Part shown: one piece after another, positions 26,756-34,104 of the stretch | How positions within the stretch are numbered: position 1 is the stretch's first letter | Layout: each line of letters opens with the position of its first letter | Assembly (NCBI GenBank): GCA_963666485.2 | Contig: CAXXUO010000001.1 | Coordinates: 736,001 to 800,000, forward strand | Reading direction: 5' to 3' | Source: Syntrophorhabdaceae bacterium | Lineage (GTDB): Bacteria; Desulfobacterota; Syntrophorhabdia; Syntrophorhabdales; Syntrophorhabdaceae | DNA length: 64,000 bases | Translations under genes and position numbers: made by a program | Notes under the pieces: generated by a model | What the model was told of the DNA's origin: nothing | The model's database searches: none | What the model saw: only the letters and a program-made list of their open reading frames with translations

Positions 26756-26980
26756 GATATCCTCTCGCCCGTTCGTCGCTTGCGCTCCTCTCTAGAGCCC
26801 GCAGAGTTCTCGGAGAAAGGCGGATTGTTAATTTCCTTGCATTGTTTTTTTTCTTTTCCTCGGCGAAGCCGACGAAAGTGCCGGCTGGTCGTGGTCGGCT
26901 CCGCGACCAGCCGGCAAAGTCTTTTCTCTTCGCAGTTCTCTGTGCTCTCTGTGAGCTCGAGCGAAGCGGGCGAGAGAGTT
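26756..26980. mobile_element. MITE-like palindromic element, copy 2
   Basis: Near-identical to 4558-4758 with a short internal insertion; lies between convergent genes. Confidence 0.7.
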
Positions 26981-26982
26981 TT

Positions 26983-28104
26983 TTATTCTTTTACGTCAAT
27001 CTTTTCGTGGGGTGATTGTTCCTGAGTGGCGCGGCTCCGTTCCGCCTCGGAATAACGGAATATCTCAAAGACGGACAGGAAAAGCGCAAGGATCAGGGGG
27101 CCGAGGATCAGGCCGATGAACCCGAAGGCCTGAATGCCCCCGAGAATGGCAAAAAAGATAGCTATCGTGGGCATCTTTATTTTGCCCCTGACGATCAGGG
27201 GCCTCAGGACGTTGTCGATCCCCGCTATTATGACAACTCCCACGATGAGAAGGATGACCGCTTTCAAATACTGCGTCTGGAACAGGAGGTAGATCGTCGC
27301 AGGGCCCCAGATGATAAATGTGCCGACCACGGGGACAAACGACGCGACAAACATGGCAAGGCCCCAGAACACCGGCGAGTGAATGCCGAGTATTGCGAAG
27401 GCGGTGCCCCCTATCAGGCCCTGCGCCATCCCGACGACGACGCCGCCGTAAATGGTAGACACGACAATATCTTTTGTTTGCTGGAGGAGCCTCTCCCGCT
27501 GCCTGCGCGAAAAAGGCATGAAGCTTTCAAGCTTCTCTATGAACACGGGGCCGTCTTCGAGAAAGAAAAAGATCGAGAACAGCATGAGCACAAAATGAAT
27601 CCCGACGGTAAGTACATTGCCAAAACCTGACCTGATCAACCCCGTTGATTCCTTCGCTACATTGATGAGGCTCGTTGAGATAGCTTTGTAGAGCTCCTGT
27701 TCCGTCATGTGGACGGCATTCAAGATCTTCTGGACCGTCGATTTGACGAGCGGATGCGATAAGAATGTCTGGACAAAGCCGATGTTCCCGTTCTGATCCT
27801 GAAAGTGGCTCACGAGGTTGATCAGTTCCTGGCTCAGAACATAGGCGAAATAGGAAAACGGGCCTATGAGAATGGCAACGATCATGAGAAGGGTCACAAG
27901 CGACGATATGACCTTGGACTTCACGTATTTCAGGATAAATGCGTATACGGGATAGAAGACAAGGGAAAGAACGATCGCCCACATGATCGGTGACAGGAAA
28001 GGGCGTATGATCTGATACGAGAAATATCCGAGTATGATCAGTATAACGATGAGAACAATGCTGTAAAACCTGTTTTCCCTGGCCAACTCCACCCCGATAA
28101 GCAC
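26983..28104 (-). CDS. AI-2E (PerM) family transporter
   Basis: Multiple TM helices, PVVGTFIIWGP, IDNVLRP, GGIQAFGFIGLILGP. Confidence 0.92.
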   Translation of the reverse strand: MLIGVELARENRFYSIVLIVILIILGYFSYQIIRPFLSPIMWAIVLSLVFYPVYAFILKYVKSKVISSLVTLLMIVAILIGPFSYFAYVLSQELINLVSHFQDQNGNIGFVQTFLSHPLVKSTVQKILNAVHMTEQELYKAISTSLINVAKESTGLIRSGFGNVLTVGIHFVLMLFSIFFFLEDGPVFIEKLESFMPFSRRQRERLLQQTKDIVVSTIYGGVVVGMAQGLIGGTAFAILGIHSPVFWGLAMFVASFVPVVGTFIIWGPATIYLLFQTQYLKAVILLIVGVVIIAGIDNVLRPLIVRGKIKMPTIAIFFAILGGIQAFGFIGLILGPLILALFLSVFEIFRYSEAERSRATQEQSPHEKIDVKE

Positions 28105-28168
28105 AGGGCTGCCTCCCGCCTCAGGGAGACAGCCCTCGTGAAAAAGTCAGAATAAGTTTCCTGTATTT

Positions 28169-28504
28169 CTAGCCCTGTTTTTCTCTATCGTATGCCTCTT
28201 TGCCCGCTTCAACCGCTCGCGAGATGATATTTTTCTCTTTATCCAGAAACTCTTTTCCCTTTTCCACGTACCCGGACGCCTTGTCCTTGACCTGGCCCAC
28301 ATACTCGGACGCCTTGTCCGTGACCTGGTGGACATAATCCTCTGCCTTATCCCGTGTGTCCTCGGCGAAATCCCTGATCATCTTCCGGGTTTCCGGGCCG
28401 GTCTTGGGTGTGGTGAGAAGGGCAACACCGGCGCCGATGATCCCGCCGATGAAAAAAGAAAGGAGAACTGCGCCTGCACCATAACCGCTATCCTGCTGTC
28501 CCAT
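28169..28504 (-). CDS. YtxH domain protein
   Basis: FFIGGIIGAGVALLTTPKTGPETR followed by a charged helical tail. Confidence 0.9.
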   Translation of the reverse strand: MGQQDSGYGAGAVLLSFFIGGIIGAGVALLTTPKTGPETRKMIRDFAEDTRDKAEDYVHQVTDKASEYVGQVKDKASGYVEKGKEFLDKEKNIISRAVEAGKEAYDREKQG

Positions 28505-28522
28505 TACGTTACCTCCTGTTTT

Positions 28523-28918
28523 TTATCGCTCTACGCCGCGCCCGGGCCAGGCATTCTTCACAAAATACTCAACGCCCGCCCTGATACCGGCTGTGATCCC
28601 CCGCGTTTCACTGATGGATGACGTGGCCGCACTCCTTACCGCCTGACTTGCCTGTTCTATGTTCTCGCCAACACGCTTGACCGAGCTTGAGACATCCTTG
28701 AGGCTGTCGGTTACCTCGCCCACATCGTCCGTTATCCTCCGGATGCTCTGCAGGGTCATCTGGACCTCCTGGAGGGTGGGTTTCAGAGTCTCCTCGGTCG
28801 ACGCTATGAACGCATTCACCGTCGCCAGTGTCCTCTTGAGCCCGACTATGAGATAGATGATGTAAATGACCAGTATCACTACTGCCAGGGTAATAATACC
28901 CAGCCATATCGTGTTCAT
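28523..28918 (-). CDS. DUF948 (YoxC-like) protein
   Basis: N-terminal TM helix plus coiled coil; usual partner of YtxH. Confidence 0.8.
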   Translation of the reverse strand: MNTIWLGIITLAVVILVIYIIYLIVGLKRTLATVNAFIASTEETLKPTLQEVQMTLQSIRRITDDVGEVTDSLKDVSSSVKRVGENIEQASQAVRSAATSSISETRGITAGIRAGVEYFVKNAWPGRGVER

Positions 28919-29188
28919 TCGATATCCCTCCCCTTGCCTTGCGACCCCCCGGTCTCCGAATGCCGGTGAAATACGGGCAATCCTGCCGGCGGAACTTACG
29001 ACATTATAACCATTGTATCACATCAACACAAGCCTTCAGACGGGGAGGGATGATATTATCCGGAGCGAATTGATACTACAGTGAAAGGTCCTCCCGGCAT
29101 AAAATGCCGGTCCTTAAGCCCGGAACATGGAACTCGGGCGTTTTTTTCGTTATAATGAGGCATCCACGATACTATGAGGAGGCTTAAC

Positions 29189-29734
29189 ATGAAGAATGCG
29201 GTGGTCCTTTTTGGAAGCCCGAGAAAGATGGGAAACACGGCGGAACTCGCCCGCACGGTGATCGCCACATTGAGAGACAAGGGCTGGGGCGTCAGGACGC
29301 TCTACCTCAATGACATGAACATCCGGCCGTGCCAGGGATGCTACGTCTGCCTGCCCGGCGGGGTCTGCAAGATCCAGGATGATATGAAGGATGTCCGCAA
29401 GTACATCATGGAATCCGATCTTATCGTTTATGCCACGCCCATATACTGGTTCGGCCCGTCGGGGCAGTTGAAGCTCGCCATGGACAGGTCGATCGCCTTC
29501 ATGGACGAGAATTTCGCGTCCCGCGTTAAAGGCAAGAAGGCCATAACCCTCACGACGTTCGGGGATGAGAACATTGATTCATGCCAGCCGGCGATCGACA
29601 TGTTCACGAAGACGTTCGACCTGCTCGGCATCGCATATGCCGGGGCGGTCAACGCCCCCGGATGCCAGCCTCAAGGCGGTGTCGCACATCAGTATATCGA
29701 GAAGGCGAAGGAGCTCGCGGAATCGGTCGCATGA
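29189..29734 (+). CDS. Flavodoxin-like iron-sulfur flavoprotein (NADPH-dependent FMN reductase family)
   Basis: GSPRKMGNT, CQGCYVC...CKIQDD, ATPIYW; RBS AGGAGG. Confidence 0.9.
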   Translation: MKNAVVLFGSPRKMGNTAELARTVIATLRDKGWGVRTLYLNDMNIRPCQGCYVCLPGGVCKIQDDMKDVRKYIMESDLIVYATPIYWFGPSGQLKLAMDRSIAFMDENFASRVKGKKAITLTTFGDENIDSCQPAIDMFTKTFDLLGIAYAGAVNAPGCQPQGGVAHQYIEKAKELAESVA

Positions 29735-30462
29735 ACATTCGCGGCCCGTTATATTTCATTACAAAAAAGACAGGCAAAGCCATCTGGGATTACAAGATGA
29801 TCGCAGACGGGGACAAGCTCATCATGGCGGTCTCCGGCGGAAAGGACAGCCTCTGTCTCTTGAGGATCATGCAGGAGCGCCTTAAATTCGTCCCTATCCG
29901 GTACGAGCTGATCGCCTGCCACGTGGACATGGGGTTTCCCTGGGTGAATACCGATACGCTCCGGTCGCACTTTGAAAAAGAAGGGGTCGCTTACACGATA
30001 GTCCCGCCCCCCGATGCCTGGCAGGAACAGAAAGACAATTTCGACTGTTTCTGGTGCAGCTGGAACCGCCGCAAGGCCATCTTTGACCTTGCGGGCAGGA
30101 TAAAAGCGAACAAGATCGTCTTCGCCCATCACATGGACGACATCATCGAAACCATGCTCCTGAATCTTTTCTTTCAGGGTGAGATCGGGACCATGATGCC
30201 CTATCAGGAGATGTTCGAAGGCGAACTCGCGATCATACGCCCCCTTGCGTATGTCGAAGAGCACGAGCTCGCACGCATCGCAAACCTCCTTCACCTGCCC
30301 GTCGCCGCATCCGCCTGCCCGCACGGGGACACATCGAAGCGCGCCCTTGTAAAAAGCATTGTCGGCGACCTGAGAAAGCACAACCGCAACGTAAAAAAGA
30401 ACATCTTCCGCAGCCTGACAAGAATAAGGCAAGATTATCTGCCGGAGATACCGCCGAACTGA
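29731..30462 (+). CDS. ttcA: TtcA-family tRNA 2-thiocytidine biosynthesis protein (PP-loop)
   Basis: SGGKDS, CFWC, HHMDD, IIRPL, CP; ATGA overlap with the upstream gene. Confidence 0.82.
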   Translation: MNIRGPLYFITKKTGKAIWDYKMIADGDKLIMAVSGGKDSLCLLRIMQERLKFVPIRYELIACHVDMGFPWVNTDTLRSHFEKEGVAYTIVPPPDAWQEQKDNFDCFWCSWNRRKAIFDLAGRIKANKIVFAHHMDDIIETMLLNLFFQGEIGTMMPYQEMFEGELAIIRPLAYVEEHELARIANLLHLPVAASACPHGDTSKRALVKSIVGDLRKHNRNVKKNIFRSLTRIRQDYLPEIPPN

Positions 30463-30465
30463 AAA

Positions 30466-30599
30466 GGTTCAAAGTTCAAGGTTCAAAGTTCAAGGCTAAA
30501 AACCCGTATTCTATAAAAACTCGGTACGTTAATACGGGTATCGCGCCGGTTAAGGGGGGTCTTGTCTTTACATTGAACTTTGAACCTTGAACCTTGAAC
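30466..30599. repeat. Inverted heptamer arrays (GTTCAAR)n...(TTGAACY)n between convergent genes
   Basis: GGTTCAAAGTTCAAGGTTCAAAGTTCAAG ... TTGAACTTTGAACCTTGAACCTTGAAC. Confidence 0.8.
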
Positions 30600-30604
30600 A
30601 TTTT

Positions 30605-31006
30605 TTAGTGCAGATGCGGGAGGAGGCGATCGAATACCCAGAACGTTATGACAAGAGACAGGGATGCCGCGTAGAAAACAGGCAGCGCATGCTCAAGCCG
30701 GGTGCGGACCGGTTTGAACCAACGCACGGGCACTATGCTGAGCGCCAGGACGAAGAGGAGAAAGAAACAGAAGGGGTTGTAAAGGAGCGCGTTGCCGGGG
30801 TTTCCTGTTATGAGGCTCGTCATGGCGCGGGTCATGCCGCACCCGGGACACTCAACGCCCGTAATCACTTTAAAGGGGCAAAAAACGGGAATGGCGCCCG
30901 CTAACCTGTCGATACGCACCATTCCCGTCGTGTTCACAACAATGAGAAGCAGGAAAACGGCGGCACATATAAGCGCCATCTTCCTGGGGATCAGGTAGTG
31001 CTGCAT
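30605..31006 (-). CDS. DUF2752 domain membrane protein
   Basis: CPFKVITGVECPGCGMTRA...YNP signature. Confidence 0.9.
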   Translation of the reverse strand: MQHYLIPRKMALICAAVFLLLIVVNTTGMVRIDRLAGAIPVFCPFKVITGVECPGCGMTRAMTSLITGNPGNALLYNPFCFFLLFVLALSIVPVRWFKPVRTRLEHALPVFYAASLSLVITFWVFDRLLPHLH

Positions 31007-31009
31007 ATG

Positions 31010-31600
31010 TTATTTTCCGAAGAACTTGTTTATTTCATTCTGTTGGAGCGCGTCCGCCACGACATTCAAGCCGATTATGGTCAGGATAAGGCTCAGCACG
31101 GGAAGGTCCTTCGATTTCGGCCTGCCGTGTTTTTCCTGTGCCTCCGCAATCCCCTGCGCGAGAAGATACTCATAATAAATATTGTAAAGGCCGCAGGTGA
31201 CAAGGGTAAGGATGAACCACATCCCGAACTTGTACCTGTCCTGCCCGAGGAGGTGGTTCACCGCCCTGAACTGCCGTGCCTGCCAGAAGAAATAATAAAT
31301 GCCGCAGGTGACCACGGAAAGAACGACGTCGAGCGCAATGTTCGAGGTGTAGGAACCGGCCTGCGGGTCGGACAGGGGAGGCAGCGGTTCATATCGTGCC
31401 CCGCCCTCGGTACCGACATCGCCTTCGGGTGCCCCGATCGATTTGCCGCAGTCCGGGCAGAACATCGTCCCCGGGGCTACCTCCGTGTTGCAGTGGGGAC
31501 AGTGGGCGTGCGCAGATTCCGGCGCCATTAATTCTTTCCCGCATTTTATGCAGAACTTTGATCCTTCGGGACTTTCGTTGCCACAATTTTCACAGCGCAT
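31010..31600 (-). CDS. Double zinc-ribbon plus DUF4234-like membrane protein
   Basis: Four CxxC knuckles; LSVVTCGIY and LTLVTCGLY repeats; LQQNEIN. Confidence 0.82.
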   Translation of the reverse strand: MRCENCGNESPEGSKFCIKCGKELMAPESAHAHCPHCNTEVAPGTMFCPDCGKSIGAPEGDVGTEGGARYEPLPPLSDPQAGSYTSNIALDVVLSVVTCGIYYFFWQARQFRAVNHLLGQDRYKFGMWFILTLVTCGLYNIYYEYLLAQGIAEAQEKHGRPKSKDLPVLSLILTIIGLNVVADALQQNEINKFFGK

Positions 31601-31813
31601 GAAGCACCCCCTGGCGATTTTTTTTCGATTGTACCAATGCGCCGGGAAAATTGTAAAGGAAAACCCGCCGGTAAATTCCCGCGTTGCCCGGCATATTCAC
31701 GAACGTGACAGGTACTTTCAAGACCTGAAAATTGACCTTTTGAAACGAGCAGTTGCAACTAGCTGATATTATTAGCTCAATGTGAGCGAATCTTTATTTT
31801 TGCTCAAAACATC

Positions 31814-31842
31814 TTGACATAGAGATCACATCCTACGATAAT
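31814..31842 (+). promoter_or_regulatory. Sigma70-type promoter upstream of the triple RNA motif
   Basis: TTGACA, 17-nt spacer, GATAAT. Confidence 0.7.
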
Positions 31843-31868
31843 TAGTTTAGATGTAGTGCTAGTTTTTT

Positions 31869-31962
31869 GGGTTCAGGGACACATGTAGGTCCCTGGAGGC
31901 GATGTTAGGATGGTCGGGCCGCCACCTGGAGTGAGTTCTCCGGGATGCGGCTTTTTTGTTGG
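31869..31962 (+). ncRNA. Riboswitch-like unit 1 with intrinsic terminator (resembles the DUF1646/Na+ riboswitch)
   Basis: GGGTT-CAGGGAC/GTCCCTG stem, GGCG...CGCC stem enclosing ATGTTAGGATGGTCGGGC, overlapping terminator GCCGC..CCTGGAG/CTCCGGG..GCGGC-TTTTTT. Family assignment is from memory of the motif. Confidence 0.6.
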
Positions 31963-32004
31963 TGATTTTTTAAAGGCTGTTCATTACAACTGAATATGTA
32001 AAAC

Positions 32005-32098
32005 GGGTTCAGGGACACATGCAGGTCCCTGGAGGCGATGTTAGGATGGTCGGGCCGCCACCTGGAGTGAGTTCTCCGGGGTGCGGCTTTTTTGTTGG
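32005..32098 (+). ncRNA. Riboswitch-like unit 2
   Basis: 94-nt copy differing from unit 1 at 2 positions. Confidence 0.6.
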
Positions 32099-32141
32099 GA
32101 GGACCTTGAGAAACGGCGCATTACAACTGAATATGTAAAAC

Positions 32142-32235
32142 GGGTTCAGGGACACATGCAGGTCCCTGGAGGCGATGTTAGGATGGTCGGGCCGCCACCT
32201 GGAGTGAGTTCTCCGGGGTGCGGCTTTTTTGTTGG
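32142..32235 (+). ncRNA. Riboswitch-like unit 3
   Basis: Identical to unit 2; ends about 30 nt before the ATG at 32265. Confidence 0.6.
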
Positions 32236-32264
32236 GGTATCTAAAAAAAGGGGAGGGAAAGACG

Positions 32265-32678
32265 ATGGAAAGAAAAACACATTGGGCCATGATCGGACTT
32301 GTTGTTGCGGTATGTTTCCTCGCGGTCGCGACGTTTTCGTACGGTTTTGACGAAAAACAGCTCAAGACATTCAAAGCGAGCAACGCCTGTAAGAAGTGTG
32401 ACCTGTCGGGGGCGAATCTGACAGGCGCGGACTTGACCTATGCCGACCTGTCGGGGGCGAATCTTTCAGGGGCGAATCTTTCAGGGGCGATCCTGCAGAG
32501 CGCCAACCTGTCGGGGGCCAATCTTTCAGGGGCCAATTGCAGCGGAGCGAACTTCAACGAGGCCAACTTTAAAGGAGCAAACGTCACGAAAGCAAACTTT
32601 GCAAAAGCGTATTTCGACCAGGCCAAATGGACCGACGGCAAAATGTGCGCCGTCGGGTCGCTGGGTCAATGCAAATAA
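32265..32678 (+). CDS. Secreted pentapeptide repeat protein
   Basis: Signal peptide, CKKC, A(N/D)LSG repeats, C-terminal W..G..C.....GQC; RBS GGGAGG. Confidence 0.9.
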   Translation: MERKTHWAMIGLVVAVCFLAVATFSYGFDEKQLKTFKASNACKKCDLSGANLTGADLTYADLSGANLSGANLSGAILQSANLSGANLSGANCSGANFNEANFKGANVTKANFAKAYFDQAKWTDGKMCAVGSLGQCK

Positions 32679-32739
32679 AGGACGGGCATAAGGCCCGGGA
32701 CGGGCTTTATCGATACACAAAAAAACAGGAGGAGTTGTA

Positions 32740-33321
32740 ATGAAAAGGTGTTTGGTAATGTCAGGAATCATTTTCGTATTCGTGATGGTAATGCTTTCGT
32801 ACGCGTCGGCGGCGGACCTTACAGCGGACATGATCACAAAAGAAGGAAAGATCACGAGCAAGGGAAAGCTTTACATGAACGGCAACAAGGTTCGTGCGGA
32901 CAAAGGAAATACGCCTATCTACAATATCGTGAGGGGAGATAAGGGTGTATTATGGCAGGTAAATGGCGCCGAAAACACATATGTTGAAGCGAAGATCACG
33001 CCGGCCGTAAACCTCTGGACCACAGAGAAGATACCGGGCGAGGTAAGCAGGAAAGAGCTGGGTGCCGAGAAGATCGACGGCTATGCCGTTAAAAAATACG
33101 AGGTTTCGGTCAAACAGGGAAAGAACACGAGCACATACTACCAGTGGGTAGCGACCGATCTTCGTTTCCCGATAAAGGTGGCAAATGCCAACGGGAAATG
33201 GAGCATCGAATACAAGAATATAAAGAAAGGCACGCCTGCCGATTCCGTCTTCAACCTGCCGAAAGGTGCCTCGATCGATACAATGTCAGTACCGGATGTA
33301 TTGAGCGGCGGCGGACACTAA
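32740..33321 (+). CDS. Exported protein (DUF4412-like, LolA-like fold)
   Basis: Signal peptide (ASA-A), GAEKIDGY, WVATDLRFPIK, EYKNIK, FNLP. Confidence 0.72.
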   Translation: MKRCLVMSGIIFVFVMVMLSYASAADLTADMITKEGKITSKGKLYMNGNKVRADKGNTPIYNIVRGDKGVLWQVNGAENTYVEAKITPAVNLWTTEKIPGEVSRKELGAEKIDGYAVKKYEVSVKQGKNTSTYYQWVATDLRFPIKVANANGKWSIEYKNIKKGTPADSVFNLPKGASIDTMSVPDVLSGGGH

Positions 33322-33327
33322 AATGAA

Positions 33328-33470
33328 CGCGTAAGGCGTAAGGCGTTAGAAACTCGAATAACCAAAAATAAAAGCCGGGAGGAATCCCGGCTTTTTTATA
33401 TCGTGTTGTGATGAGTTTATTTTCTGTTACTTTTTGACGCCTTACGCCCTCACGCCTTACGCCTTACGAT
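33328..33470. repeat. Inverted heptamer arrays (CGTAAGG)n...(CCTTACG)n enclosing a terminator
   Basis: CGCGTAAGGCGTAAGGCGTTAG ... TGACGCCTTACGCCCTCACGCCTTACGCCTTACG. Confidence 0.78.
33370..33397. terminator. Bidirectional intrinsic terminator
   Basis: AAAAGCCGGGA-GGAA-TCCCGGCTTTTTT between convergent genes. Confidence 0.85.
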
Positions 33471-33472
33471 TT

Positions 33473-33967
33473 TTACTTCACCGAATATCCCCTTCCCTCC
33501 ATGCAGGCGGTAAAGGCTTTGTTGAACGTCTGTTTCTGACCGGCTGCTGCGCTTTGCTGCTGCTGCGCCTGCGCTTTACGGCTTTGCTGTTTTCCTCTTA
33601 CCGCGCCGGCTGCTGCGCCGACACCGGCACCTTTGCCCGCGTCGTCGTTCGCGACCTCACCCACCACGGCGCCCCGCATGGCGCCCCGGGCAGCACCCTT
33701 CACGCGCGAGCCGTCAGGGCCTGCCGGCTGCTGCTGTTTCGGCGGTGCCGCCGGATCGGCTATGCCTGTCTGCTGCTGGGACCATTTGTAGCAGTCCGTT
33801 TCGTCCTTCGCCTGGACATCTCCTGACTGCCCTTTCGCGGGGTACACCATGACCCCGAGGTTCTTTGAGATGACCTGGGCTTGTACCGGCAGTACGCATC
33901 CCAGGACCAGGACGAAACATCCGGTCAGTGCGGGTAAAAACAATGCTATTCTCGCTGTGTGACTCAT
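33473..33967 (-). CDS. Exported YMGG-like glycine-zipper protein
   Basis: Signal peptide, YPAKGQS..Q..D...C, GAARGAMRGAVVG, ACMEGRGY. Confidence 0.82.
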   Translation of the reverse strand: MSHTARIALFLPALTGCFVLVLGCVLPVQAQVISKNLGVMVYPAKGQSGDVQAKDETDCYKWSQQQTGIADPAAPPKQQQPAGPDGSRVKGAARGAMRGAVVGEVANDDAGKGAGVGAAAGAVRGKQQSRKAQAQQQQSAAAGQKQTFNKAFTACMEGRGYSVK

Positions 33968-34104
33968 TTCCGCGCCTCCTTTTTATGCCGGGCCAAAGAA
34001 CCGGGCGTTGTACATTTCAAACTACGTTCCTTCACGATCCGTGTCAACTGTTTTTCTTTCGGCTGCAGCCGGGCATTTCCGTCATCCCCGAAGACCGGGC
34101 GGCT

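Noticed and set aside
31869..32235. CRISPR array interpretation of the triple repeat
   Set aside because: The repeats are 94 nt, contain terminators and have partly shared linkers, and there are no cas genes in the window.
32081..32383. ORFs spanning the triple RNA repeat
   Set aside because: They are translations of the repeated structured RNA with no RBS or protein-like features.
32400..32600. 15-bp tandem DNA repeats
   Set aside because: Explained by the pentapeptide-repeat coding sequence.
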